A stretch of 50,031 nucleotides of DNA from positions 124,001 to 174,031 of the forward strand of contig NW_026852612.1 in NCBI RefSeq assembly GCF_026571515.1, written 5' to 3'. How positions within the stretch are numbered: position 1 is the stretch's first letter; every line of letters begins with the position of its first letter. This DNA is from Ruditapes philippinarum. Taxonomy: Eukaryota. Below, one piece after another: positions 1-13,280 of this stretch. Below the pieces are notes generated by a model that made no database searches, was not told the DNA's origin, and was given only the letters and a program-made list of their open reading frames with translations. Both the position numbers and the translations under genes were made by a program.

Positions 1-3000
1 ATCCTTTCCACTTTCTTGAATAAAAGGGGGTCACCCAGTTGTCATATGACCTTTTTATAAAAATCCCGCCCTCTCCGCCCCTTTGTGGTCCTTTACTCCC
101 ACCTTTTTTATCGCCCCTTTTCCCTCCTCTACCCCACTTTTTCTTCCCGGGGCCTTTCCCAATTTTTAATCCCTTGCCCCTTTTTATTTGACTTCAAAAA
201 TTTTTTCCCTTGAATTTCTGAACTTCGCCTTGAATTTCAACCTTCCCTCTCCCCTTTTCCTGGCCACCACGGGACTAAAATTTATATTTCCCATGAACCC
301 ATAGTCCTTTCTGAGTCCCATTTTTACGCCTCCGTCTTCTTCTAGGGCGCCCGGGCTCCACTGTAAGACTTTGTACGCTTGACACTCTGTAAAATATGGG
401 CCCGAACACGGGAATCTCGGCTTCTAAAACCTGAAAAAAAAAAAAACGATTAAATAAAAAAATTAAAAAACTCATTGTATATCAACTAAAAAGTGATTCC
501 TGAACATTTTAGTAAATGAAATAGGAAAAACCTGAAACATGTTTTTTTCTTATCAGAAAATAATATGGATTTTTTATCGAAAAGTGAAAATTTATTAACC
601 CCCCCCCTCACCTTCTTTGAAAAAAATGGGTCAAAGACAGAAAAGGCCGGGTTGCATTTGTATACCAAATATCCTGATGCTGTGATGTAACAAAAAAAAA
701 AAATATCAAGAGGCTGTGATACCTGAGTTGCTGAGAAAACTGTTACGAAAAGTTTTTCCCTGCCCGCCGCCCTGACATTCACCATACTATAACCCGGGTT
801 TGCACCTGTGCAACCCCGCCAAAAATAGGGGAGAATTCTCAAAAATTAGTGAAAAAACCCCAAACCACCATCCTCTTAGCAACATTTGAGAGGTTTACAA
901 GCAATTTATATTATGTGCATGTACTTTAAACCTATGCTTTTATCAACAATTTTATGATAAGCTGACTACACTTTTTAAGTAACAACAAAATGTACCAAGA
1001 GAACCTCGTCTACGATCCGTTCTCCCTCGTGGCTCTTCTTTCTGTTTCTTCTTTGGTAATGGCAATGTACTTGACCTCTCCGACCAGGTATCAGACTTAA
1101 CCGGAAAACCCGGCAGGTAACCAGGCGTACTTGAAGTCATTATATCAGTTTTCGCGTTATTTGAGCGGTTCACCTTCCCGTCATTCTGTGAAAGATTATC
1201 ATCCTGGGACAAACCGAGTTCCTGACGCTCAAACCATTCGTTCATTTTCTGTGTTTCACCCTGGACCTATATAACAATCAAAGATAAAAGAAATAATCAT
1301 CATTCCTTGCTTATTTGGTTCACAAGTCAATAGTTTAATGATTCTTTGCGGAATAAATGCGTAGAGCATTGCTTGTACTTGATGAGATTCACAGATGAAT
1401 CAATCAAAGAATAAAAATCTTTATTAGAAAATCATCCTGTTAGCAAAAAACTTCTATAAATGCATTTGTACAACGAAGCAGGAACAGCCGTCTCATGCTA
1501 GGGTAAAAGTATATGAGCCGCGTCACAACAAAACCAACGTTATGTGTTTAAGACAAGCATGGATCCAGACCAGCCTGCACATCCGCGCAGTCTGATCAGG
1601 ATCCATGCTGTTCGTTATCAGTTTCTCTACTTGTTATAGGGTTTATAAGCAAACAGCATGGATTCTGATCAGACTGCGCGGATGCGCATGCTGGTCTGGA
1701 TCCATGCTGGTCGCAAACGCATAGTGTTGGTTTTCTCATGACGCGGCTCATATCTATAAAGCTGCTTTAGACAACTTGTTTTCTGCCTCACTGGCTAAAG
1801 CACTATTTTCCTGACAGGCATATTAACAAGTGCATGTTCATCTTTGAAAATGCGCACAAAGCTACATAAGGTTAAAAACATGCCATTTTATAAAAATTTT
1901 GCTTTAGCATTTTTCAAAATATGACAGCAAAAACTAATTCCTTGAATATTTGCTTTCCAATTTTATTCTAATATTTGGGTATTTGATTGTCCATTTGTCC
2001 ATATCTGTTTCTCTGTCTCTCTCTTTATCAATGAACATTTAAAAACAATTGCTGGTGTAAAATTTCCCAGTGAACTCAAAAACATGACATTATCTAATAA
2101 TAAATTAAATATAACAAGCATTTGATAGTATTGCGGGCAATACAGTAGTCCCCTACCGGTCCCTCAAAAAGTTCTTTAATTGTCATACACTCCTGTGTAT
2201 TGCCATTTATAATGAATTTGAGGATGAAGTCTTGTATTTGAAAAATATCGATCACAAAACATAATAAAATAAGTTTGTCTATATCACAGTAATGTGTTAA
2301 GTTTCCATGCTTAGTAAGGAAATTATGTTTCATACAACCTTGTCATATTATTACGATGTGGGATTTTAAAGTAAATCCTATAAGGAATGAAGAAGTTGGA
2401 GTTAAATTACCAGTTTTCTCGAAAAAAATCTAAGTTCAAGGGGGACATAATTCTGGAAAATAGTCTTGCTAGAGTATTTAACCTTCTCAAAAAATGTCGA
2501 GTGATAATAAGAAACATATATATTGAAGTTTGAAGTAGATACATTAGGAAATAAAGAAGTTATTTAAAAAAGACAACATTTTTTCCCCTAAAAAATCTAA
2601 GTTCAAGGGAGGTAATACTGATATTTTTTGTGCTAGAGTTATAAACCTTGTCACATATGATGTGGTTGATGACCAAAAACTAATATTTAAAGTTTGAAGT
2701 AAACACCTTAAGAAATAAAGAACATATAGTGAAAAAGCTGAAAAATTTAAATCAGAAATCTTGAAATTCAGGCTATTTGTTGCCATAGCAACCAGAATTT
2801 TCAACATAGGAAGAAAAGAAAAAAGATGTGCATAATCTCCAGACTGCCATCTACCCATATTTCAAGTTTCATAAAAATATTTTCAGTACTTTTTGAGTTA
2901 TCACTGGATCCAGTTTATGTGTTAAATTTGCCATATTTTCAGACTATTTGTTGCCATAGCAACCAGAATTTTTAACATAGGAAGAAAAAAAAAAGACGTG

Positions 3001-6000
3001 CATAATCTCCATACTGCCATCTATCCATATATCAAGTTTCATAAAAATATTTTCAGTACTTTTTGCGTTATCGCGGGATCCAGTTTTGTGGACGGACGGA
3101 CTGACGGACTGACAGACTGACAGACAGACAGACGGACAGACAGACAGACGGACAGACGGAGGGTAAACCTAAAGTCCCCTCCGGTTAAACCGGTAGGGGA
3201 CTAACAAGCGTCAATAAATGTAAGCATGCTATACTTCAAAATAGCTTTGATCACCTAATTGAAATCTGGTGAGCATTTCACTAACATTACGTAAGTTTTG
3301 CATATCTTTTTACGTAAATTTGGACTTACGCAAAAGGTAAATCTACGTTAGTTGCGTTTCACTAAACAGAACGGGCAATTTACGCCAGTTATAAGTGGGC
3401 GTAAATTTACGTTAAAACCTACGCAAATGCTTAGCTAATTTAGTAGAACGCAAATAAATACGCAAGTTCTGCTTAAACGCAAAAAGTTACGTTCAAACTC
3501 GAGTTACGATAACGTAAGTATGTTAGCAAAATGCACCCCAGGTGTAGTCCATTTGCAGTAACACAGAGTAAAGTATCGGCAAATATTCATGGTTAAATCG
3601 TCATCATATGCAATACAAGTATTTGTTTGGTTTTACCGCGCAACAACACAGTTCATTAGGGCAGGAAAGATTATTTTGGCTAACCTTATGTGTTACAAAC
3701 TTAAAAGCAATGTCAGGAGTAAAAATTATCTCACCTGCTGGGGCTAAGAGATGCATAGAATGCAGTTATTTGAATCCATTTAGTGGCCTCTTACAGTCAT
3801 GCAGGGATAAACTTTGACTGCAAATCGTATGCCTCAACCCTTAAAGGTAACCCCTCAGCCACAATTGAATCATATGCATTATTTTCAAATCATTGCTACC
3901 ATGACAGAAGATAATTTCTCAAATTAAAAACAGCAAAAAAATGATAATTGACATGCACCTATGTGAACAATGTACATGAACAACCACAAAGTTAAAAACT
4001 TCAGAGAACCTGAAAACCCTGAATTTAGTATTATTTCAAATGTTTTTTATATGCAAGAAGAGAGCTTTCAGTAGTAGAAAAAACTTGAACTTCAGGCTTT
4101 TGCCTGAAAACTTTTACCCATGAAAAATTAATGTAAAACAAGAGCTTTATGAAAAGAGCTTTCATCATTATCTTATAACCTGCTAGAAATGTAAATGATT
4201 TGCCTTCGTCACCAGTATCAAACCAGGCCAGCCTGCACATTGATTCAGTCGGACTAGGCTCTAAACTGCAGTCAAGGGGCCAATTACTAATGCATTAACA
4301 AGCATTCTGGCAAAGGTTATCCATTAAATTAGCATAACAAGAGCTGTTGGTAGGACAGCACGCTCGACTATTCTAAGTGCTTGATAGTGATAGACCCTTG
4401 ATAATGTTAAATTTTCTAAGTTCACAAAAGGAGTAATTCTTTTTTTATAAATTCATGTTATAGGCCTTAGAGAGAGTCTAATTATACAGTATTGGCTTGA
4501 CTATTTAGAAGGTAATGTCACAAGGGTGTTTTATTGAGTATAATAATACTAATTACCTATGAGTACATAAAATTGACAGAAAAGGTACAAAGGCTTGTTA
4601 TTAAGATGTTTTATCAAGTAAATCACTGCTTTTTTATTATGAATGCATAAAATTGTCCCAAAAAAGGCACAAACCCTTCAGTAGTTATGGAGATAACAAG
4701 CAAAACTTTACCATGAATTTCCAAGTTGAAAAAGGGAAGAAAAATCAGCCTAAATGCAAGATAGAATTATGGATCTTTGTCAGTGACCTACAATTCTGAC
4801 CCTAATTGCATATGTGAAGTTTTAAATAAATATCTTTAATAGTTATTGAGATATGTAAAACTTGCATGTAAACATTAACCAAGAGACTAAGTAAAAAAGG
4901 GGATATGAATCAGCCTTAATGCAAGATAGAGTTATGGAACTTGGTCAGTGACATACAATTATGACCCTCAAATTATGACCCTAAGTACATGTGTAAAGTA
5001 TCAAGTAAATATCTTTTGAAGACCTTTAACCTTTAACCAAAATTTCTAAGTTTCAAAGGGGCAAATAATTCTGCAAATATTGCAGACAGAGTTATGCAAT
5101 TTTGCAAAATGATGTACATTGTTACTATAAAAAAGTATTGTAAATTTCAATTGAATATCTCAAGCAATAATTGAGATATTTGACTTTACAAAAAAAACTT
5201 AAACCAAAACTTCTAAGTTTCAAAGGGGCATAATTCTGTCAATATTGTAGGCAGTGTTATCCAACTTGTCAATCTGATGTACCTTGTTACTATAAATAAG
5301 TATTGTAAGTTTCTATTGAATATCTCAAGCATAATTGAGATATTTGACTTTACAAAAAACTTTAACCAAAATTTCTAAGTTAAAAAGGGGCATAATTCTG
5401 TCAATATTGTAGGTAGAGTTATCCAACTTGTCAATCTGATGTACCTTGTTACTATAAATAAGTATTGTAAGTTTCAGTTGAATATCTCAAGCAATAATTG
5501 AGATATTTGACTTTACAAAAAACTTTAACCAACGCAAACGCTGATGCCCACGCCGGGGCGACTACTATAGCTAAAAATAATGCTTTAAACCTTTTGCATT
5601 AATCATTACCTTGCATTACTTGAAAAAGTATTGGCATTCATAATGCATTAGCATAAAATTTAATTCACCCCTTGTCTGCTATACTGTTGGAATCTCAATT
5701 TTGTATTTTGATATTCGAATCCCTTCAAATGGACGGTTCCAAAATTTTAACCAGGGCAAATTCATTTCATAAATACAACAAGTTAAAGGTCATTATGATC
5801 ATGTTGAAAGGTGCAGTTCACAACCTTTTAACATTCCTTTTTACAACCACCGCAAGTATGTCAAAGCTTAGAGAAGACCTATTGATTTAGGGTGTCACTA
5901 AAACGTAATGTTGTATGATCAAGCCCTACTGGGATAAAGGCAATGCTTTCTTATATAACACAAGCCCTGGTTAGCCCAAGAAGAAAGCTCAAAAGTGATT

Positions 6001-9000
6001 TCAGTAAGCTTATATACATTGTTTAAACGAAGGTTAAACTCAATATTTTAAACACAATTTGTATCTTAAAACATTATGATGTCTTTATATTTATATTGCA
6101 ACAAACATATTAAAAATATGTGTTATTCTGAATATAATAAGGTTTTTAACAGTTACACAATTAGGTTATCTATCAATGAATTTAATTTAATTTGAGCACT
6201 ATTGGCAATCATGCCTTAAAAACTGATTAAGCTGGTGCTACAGGGTGCCAGAAATGATCAATTTTTCATTAACTCCCATAAACATATTATTTACTATTGT
6301 TTTCATAGCCTTTGAATAATATTCCTTTTTTCCCCAGATTTTTGCTTATACTGCAAGCATAGACCAAAGCTATTAAACACTTGTGTTTGACCTGTGCCAA
6401 GGTTTGACCAACTTGCTCTTGAACAGTGGTCTCATAATCTTAGTTTTTTTATATTATCCCTTTATTTAACAATCAATGGGCAGCTCTGATTCCAAGCGGG
6501 ATAAATCCATTTCGACAAGAAAAGCAGGGTATTTAAGGTTGAACAACAATTTTCAGAAAGTCTGTTTTTACAAATTCTTGATATGAAAATTAGATATATT
6601 CACATTGTTTTCTTGAGAAAAATATTTGATAGAATTAATATGAATAACAAGATTCTTAATCAAGAAGACAACATATAAATAAACATAACATAAAACAATT
6701 TTGGTTCATAACTTACCTGGCTAGCACACTGATTGCATGCAAAATAACAAGAAAAAAATAATCATAACTCAAATATCATATATATAATGTTAGTATAATT
6801 ATGTTACATGCCAGGCAAAAAGAATCCAGCTGAATGTAAAGTACCGATATTTTCGTAATATTCACTCTTGATTTGTAAAATGATTCTTGACGTACTAATT
6901 TTTTAATCATTAAGAGAAGTGAAATGTAAAATATCTTTGACATTCATCAAAATCACTTGTTTTATGAATTTAAAATATAACTTACTTTTAGAATCTATAG
7001 ACTCCAGGGTTATTACAAGATGCATACATATACACCATTCTACACTGTTATGATAACCATACACTCAAATGGTAACTTTTTACCTGACAAGTCACAAATC
7101 ACCCCTGCCCCACCCTCTTCTCCAAAAGCAGATATCATTTATATTTTTAATGACTGTATAGTTTCATTAATAAATGAACATTAATATAGTTATATAAAAC
7201 TACACAAGTTCTAAAGAGTAGAAATATGCCAGCATTATGGTTTATAAAGTGCAAATTCGAAACGTCTTTTTTTCACACACAACAAAACAGGTAATTTCTT
7301 CATCATTAACATAATCTTTACATTCATCATAAACTGTTTAATGACTATGTCAAAATCACAGTGAATTTGAGTACTTACTAATTATTCCTAATACCAACCC
7401 ACACCCAAAAATTTTGATAACTTTTTTTTTCATTTGCGATTTAACATAACTTTTATTTAAACTAAGAATTCACAATATGACATACCAGAGTACTAAATGC
7501 ATATTCTCGCTCAAAATCCTCATTCCAGTCAATCTTATTGCTACTATCCAATTCCTTATCAAAGTCCAGTTCTTCCGTGCTCCAGTCACTTCCTGTACCT
7601 ATCACAGACACATAAATATTTGTTTCAGCAAGGATGTATATTAACACATACTGGTACATGGTTTTTATTATTTACAGATTGGCAATCCGTATCATTGGTT
7701 AAAATGCTGTTAAAATTGGTTGTATTTTTAGCCTGTATATTAAAATTGTTTAATATCCCCCAAATCAGTTGTTTCAGTTTGCATATCTGTTGCCTCAGAT
7801 AAAATGAAAACTCTGCTTGTAAAGAAATATAGCATCTTTAACTTTATCTTTATACTATGTACAGCACCCTTGTAAAAAATATTAACCCTCTGTATTATTA
7901 AAAATTATAAAACTGTACTCTTGTGAAGTTGTGTTTCATTGGATAATCTTGATGTTTTTATAATATATATATATATACATGGCTGCAGTCAATTTATTAA
8001 GTTATTTCATTTTTCCTCTAATGAAGGAAGAGTGCAGTATTATAAATTTGTTATTATAAAAGATTTTTGACAGGCTATATGGCTGTATACAAAAAGTTTA
8101 TTTGCAATATAACCCAATCAACCATTAATTAAGTGCCATGTAAACTGTCAAAAATCTTTTTAACTACATGTAATAATATATCTAAAAGTATACCTTTTCA
8201 ATTGTTTTGCCATTTTGTTTTTAGATGCTGAGCCAAGTGACTTACTTTCATTTTACCCTTATATTACAAATATCACTCATGTAAGGTTTTAAGTATTACA
8301 CATATTGAAGTAACTGATTTAAAAATCTTACCTGTACTCAAATCACTGCTTATACTATCTGTTCTTTTCCTCATTCCGGAAAACCCGTGCTTTCTAGGCA
8401 CATTCTTTGCTCCACTTCCTGAACTGCTCCTTGGCATTGGCGGTTTTCCAACATTACGTCCACTCAGATTAAGTTGCTCGGAGCTATGACTTCTCTCAAA
8501 TACCATGGTACCGAGATTTTGTGGGTCCGGGTAGTACCCGTCCTCATCTTCAAATCTCTCAGACTGATTCAACTTGTCATACGATCGTGATTTAGTTTTA
8601 TTTGGTGTTCTTCGGAACCTTTCTAAAATTTGCTGTTTGTTTATGCCAGGCTTTTCGTCAATCTTGTTTTTATTTTCTTCCATGCCAACTGGCGCTGTAT
8701 CTTTTCTGTCTGCCTCCTGACCAATTGTGCTTGGTCTTGATGGCACTATATATAATTCTTGATCATTTTTCACATCTTTGCTTTGTTTATTGTCTACATT
8801 TGGTTTATCATCCTGTTTTGGCGCTACATTTTCCTGTTTAATTTCACGATTATCCACTTTTGACCTCTGTTCTTTTGTTTCATTTCTATTTCCAACAAGA
8901 CCTCTATTATTTCTTCCATCATTTTGTCTGACATTTGACCTTTGATTATGTCTTTGACCCCGACCTCTTGAATATGACTGACCGTGACCTCTTTGACCCT

Positions 9001-12000
9001 TAGCATAGTCTTGTTCATTGTTTCTGGTATTCCTGTTACCGGTTTTGACTGGTTGCTCAACATTTTTCTCTGGTGTAACTCTGTTACCAGTATCTGATTT
9101 ATTATTAACAACAGTAACTTGCATATTTTTCAGATCTATTTTCCTCGGTGATGGTGACTGGGGAGCATGTAGAAGAGCAGAAGTTGTCGGCCCGGGACTC
9201 GGACTATGGACTGTGTTAGGACTTGGACTAGACATATCGTCCTCCCAGTCGCCAGAGCCTTCCCCGCTGGCATCAGTGACCGGCTGCTGCTGTTGCTGTT
9301 TTTCCAGTCGACCTTTTGGAACATAGCGCGGCATTTCTGGTTTCTTTTTCCGTCTCGATTCCTCACTTCTACGGTTCCTCTGATGATCACCAGGTGTCAC
9401 TTTCATGTCTTGGATACCAGAATTTACTGCTGCCAGCTTAAAAAGACAATGCAATTATTGTAAAAGAGGAAGTAGACAGCAATTTAATATAAAGTAGAAC
9501 ACCCTTATAATCAAATTGTCATGTTAAATACTGATATCATTTTCTCATACCATATACTTACTGCTTTAGTTTGACTTTATATTGACATATACATTTGATA
9601 ACTTCCCAGTTATCTCATTTGATAATTTTCCAGTTATCTCATACACTTGACATAAGAAGTTTCTTTCTACACTTTATCAAGGTCATGTAAGCACCACTAT
9701 TATATATTGCACCACTATTATATTTTCAATAAGCATTCAAGCAGATCCATCAGTCTTTTGTTAGCTAGCTAGCTGATGTACTGAAAGAATTTTGTAACAT
9801 CATTAAATTTACCATATAGGGCTAAGCTGACATTGGTGCAAAGGAAGAAGTTCACAGTCAATGTCCTTAGCTCCTACATACTTCAAATTATGTGACCCAG
9901 AACAGTGTTACACTCCATTATATTACTGATTACAATTACATCACCCTCTTAGTGTCATTTATCTCTACATCTTATTAACTTAAAAAGCAGCACCTAATCT
10001 AAAACGATTGAGAGAGGACATATTTTAAGTTCAGAATTGTGAAAGAGAAGCTTGTAGATACTATACCTAACCCTGCTAGAATGAAAAGAGATTAGCCTTT
10101 GCCACTAGCATAGAGCCAGCCATGCCTACACATCTTTGCCATCTCACACGGATCTATACAGTTGCTTTCTTATTCTGATAATGAAATCCCATAATTTTCT
10201 AATGGAATGCTCCAAATTCAAAATCGGGCAAATCCAATCAGCAGATTAAAGGTTACTCAACTTTATGATTTACCTCTTTTTCCACACTGTTTTCCTTTGA
10301 TGAGGAATCAGATACCAGTTCATTCTCCCAGTTTTCCTCTGATATATACAGCTCAGTTTCTGCAGCTTTACTCCCTACCTTCTCTGGACTGGATTCTAAG
10401 AAGATAAACCATGACAAAGATTAAAATTGAATGTGTAGATCTTCAATAAATATTACATATATCAGTGATTTACAAGTTCTGTAATTGACAATTTTTTTAA
10501 TCTTCTCTTGAGAATGAAGAACTTTTGAAATATATTTTCATGTACTACTATGCAAATACTGCATCTTATATCCTAAGATAAACAAATGTTTATCAAAGAG
10601 TTGATCAAAATATACATGTATTTCATAAAAATTCAGATATTCCACTTATTTCAGACTATGCTTTGGCATTCTTTCATTGCCTTTATTTTTGTGGTACTGC
10701 TCTTTTAAGTAAACAGTAAACACACATAAAAGTTAAGACATCATTATGCAATCATTTCAGCCTAATAAATATATGTAGCTTGGGCTGTCATTAAATATCT
10801 TGCTTTTGAAATATCGAATCACAATTTAGAATTTAGAGATAAAACTTAAAACTCTTTTCTTCATGTCTTGTTTTGTAAAAGTATTACTCTTATTTGTTTA
10901 AGGGAAAATGTCATTTTTCTCCCATTTTCTTGCCTAGTTTGACTGTTTGAACACAAGGTTTAATTTTCAGGTCTGTAAGATATGATACCAAGAAAACATA
11001 CTTTATTTCGGTATGCTGTGTTTGTGATGTATAAATCATGCTTGCCTTCACCATGATAATAAATAGTTTCATAAACGTATTCAAATGTACCAGCTATTTA
11101 ATTCACTTTTGATAATTATAATTATATCGATAAAATTTATCCATCAATGACAGCCCTATAAATAGTGAATCTGAAAGTTTATTTTACCTTTTTCACTTCC
11201 ATGATCAGTTTGCTTGTCTGATATTGCTCTGTGAGGTGGTCTATAGATACCTTTTGATGGCCTCTTTGCTTTCTTTTCCTGGTCTCTTTTCTTCTTGTCT
11301 TCTATATAGGAAAAAAAATCATCATGAAAACGATTTGTACAAATCTATCCTAATTGAAATGAAAGAAATGAAATACTATCATATACAACTTTATTTGACA
11401 CACTGAACACTATTTGAGTCATTCTTTAACCTTATCAGGAAAATTACAGTTTGTTGCTCAATTTCTTTAACATCAGAATACTCTGCTGGTTCCCTGCCTA
11501 CATCTACTTCTGAAAGTAGGCATAGTGTAGGGGGAAAGGAACTCCGAGTAGAACCACCAAGGAGTATGATAATCGCACCCATGTTTTAACAAAGTATTAC
11601 AGAAAGGGCAAAAAAGGTTGTGATTGATATTTGTCTTAAATTTTGGCTAAAAAATAAATACCTCACATCATCATTAGAAAAATACCATAGGCAAATTTTC
11701 AGCCTTAAGTAAACAATGGGAAAAAAACAAAGATAAAAACAAAGATAAAAACAAAGGGATTGGCTCAGAAAGTTTTGAATATATTATATCATAGAACATT
11801 AATATGAAATTAGGCAAAGCCTGTGAACAGGGAAGTCGTTCTTTTTTACTTTACATTTCCCATTTTATATGTTGCATTCAGTATTTCATGCACTGCATCT
11901 GTTTTTGCTTGGAACACTTCAATGATAATTAATAAAGCCGAAAATTTGAGATTTCTGTTCTTGGAATACTCTGTCTATTATCAATGATTAACATTAGAAC

Positions 12001-13139
12001 TAGAAGCACCCAACTAGACATGACACTGTGAATTTCACTGATAAGTATAGAAATCTATATACATGTACATTTTTTAATTGTTTTTTATTTAATTCCTTTT
12101 AAATATACATGTGTAGTCTACAGCCTCTCACAAGTCTAAAATCTTCTTGGCGATGACCCCTAAGCAGAAGGGGGCAAATCCTCCATCTGCCACCCCTGAT
12201 GTATCTTTTTGATAGGAGACAGTGCCAAAAAAGTGATCACTTTTTAACAGCATTTCTCAAACCAAAAAAAAATTTCAGGGCTACAAAGGGCATTTTATCA
12301 CCATTTGAGGCCTTAAAAATGGAGCGGGGGGATGACTGTATAGAATTTAATTGATGCTTTTAATAATGAATATTTTGTGTTTGTGTAAGCAGAACAAATT
12401 CAAACAATAATTTTATTTTTTCTTGAATGTGGTCAAATATTTTTAACTTCACCGTTTATATCACATCACATGACAAAAAATTAGAGTACGTCGGTAATAG
12501 AGTTGCGCCGATCCACATCTACATCAAACTGCTTTAAAATCGTTAATGATTACACTAAGCAGGTGTGTTGTCTGGGAAGAGCTGTTAAAAACAAATGCAG
12601 TATACTGATGGCACCCTACAAGCCAAAGCCCTTACCCACTTTGAATTAAAGTTGCAATGACAAAGTCATTTATTTACATTAAAAACATTCAAAACTGTTT
12701 TATAACATTAAATGAATACTGAATGATTAATGAATCCCCTGAAGGCCAAACAGGTGAGTTTGTCAAAAAGTTTATGGCATAACTTTCAATAAACATTTTC
12801 TCACTCACTTACCTAAGCACTTATTCCAAAATGGAAATGCACAAATAAACCATTTAATTTCAGATTATAATGACCTCATAATCTGAAATGTACGACTAAC
12901 GCCAATTTTATTCAATTTCGAAGATTTTGCGAAACCGACAAAATTTCAAACTGAAAGTAAAATATTTGGTCGAATACGACCGAATTCGAAATATTACCCA
13001 TCTAATATTCGACAGATAAATCGCAACTACCTTCTTTAATCTTTCTATTCTTTTCTTCCTCTTCTTTTTCTTCATTTGATTGAGCAATATCTTCTAATTC
13101 CTTGTACGTTATTCTAACAACATCTGACTCAGCGGCCAT
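1..13139 (-). CDS. SMG6: SMG6/EST1A (NMD endonuclease, telomerase-binding protein), N-terminal part; gene continues off the left edge
   Basis: Phase-consistent GT-AG exons: 13031-13139 (MAAESDVVRITYKELEDI...), 11188-11301 (..KRPSKGIYRPP..), 10274-10395, 8332-9436 (..KKKPEMPRYVPKGR..), 7486-7598, optional 6717-6728, about 996-1266, and a frameshift-ridden exon starting at 430. The N-terminus resembles human SMG6 (MAEGLERVRISASELRGI) and is followed by two EJC-binding-motif-like peptides (human RRPDLEIYKPG and KKPDLQIYQPG) in a long disordered region. The EST1/TPR and PIN domains are not in the window. Confidence 0.8.
1514..1750. mobile_element. Palindromic MITE, about 237 bp, TA-flanked
   Basis: Ends tgagccgcgtca... 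and ...tgacgcggctca, with long internal inverted arms (atggatccagaccagc...gcgcagtctgatcag and ctgatcagactgcgc...gctggtctggatccat). Probable decayed relatives near 4200-4270, 10070-10160 and 44540-44610. Confidence 0.85.
2113..3204 (+). mobile_element. Helentron-associated (HINE/pearl/DINE-like) non-autonomous element
   Basis: Starts aacaag. Subterminal agtcccctaccggt (2147-2160) is inverted at accggtaggggact (3189-3202), which also forms a hairpin with agtcccctccggt (3173-3185). Two pairs of 166-171 bp internal repeats (about 2424/2590 and 2773/2944) and a (GGAC/GACA)n microsatellite at about 3089-3160. Confidence 0.75.
3267..3540. mobile_element. Degenerate MITE with imperfect terminal inverted repeats
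   Basis: tggtgagcatttcactaacattacg at the left end; the right end reverse-complements to tggggtgcattttgctaacatacttacg. Interior is rich in ttacg/cgtaa motifs. Confidence 0.5.
4337..5573 (+). mobile_element. HINE-like element with tandem 165-170 bp core repeats
   Basis: Head aacaagagctgttggtaggacagcacgctcgactattc is shared with copies at 49542 and 49906. Repeated units beginning ttctaagtttcaaaggggc at about 5043, 5211 and 5373. Ends in an (a)cgc-rich tract plus cgactactatagct. Confidence 0.7.
6717..6728 (-). CDS. SMG6: Candidate 12-nt in-frame microexon of SMG6 (CASQ)
   Basis: Minus strand reads tatttttttcttgttattttgcatgcaatcag|TGTGCTAGCCAG|gtaagt. It is symmetric phase 0 and sits between phase-0 boundaries at 7486 and 1266. 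Confidence 0.6.
8332..9436 (-). CDS. SMG6: Large internal exon of SMG6 (disordered region, second EBM-like motif)
   Basis: Within ORF 8273..9454. Acceptor ttttaag|CTG at 9436, donor ACAG|gtaaga at 8332; 1105 nt, phase 0 to 1, matching the neighbouring exons. Confidence 0.85.
10780..11158. mobile_element. Possible hAT-type MITE in an SMG6 intron
   Basis: gggctgtcatt (10782-10792) is inverted as aatgacagccc (11146-11156). The TSD is only partly recognisable. Confidence 0.4.
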
Positions 13140-13280
13140 TTTTGGAAAATACTTTTATTTGTCTCCTAAAATGAGAGTTTGAGATTACGTCCCTTAGTTG
13201 ATCTTCTTACTGAAAACTGAGAAGTGTTATAAGTGACATATCGCGGGAAATTTTAAACCATATTCATTGTGTGTAAGTTG
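13140..13280. promoter_or_regulatory. Putative bidirectional promoter region for SMG6 and SPATA22
   Basis: SMG6 ATG at 13139 on the minus strand (aaaaATGGCC). A plus-strand donor gtaagt at 13273 suggests a non-coding first exon of SPATA22 within about 130 bp. Confidence 0.45.

Noticed and set aside
8602-9463. Overlapping and antisense ORFs (79-102 aa)
   Set aside because: They are shadows of the large SMG6 exon.
8273-13139. Alternative identity as R3HCC1L (which also has an RRPxxxxYVPK motif)
   Set aside because: The first exon matches the SMG6 N-terminus and two EBM-like motifs are present. The C-terminal domains are outside the window, so a small doubt remains.
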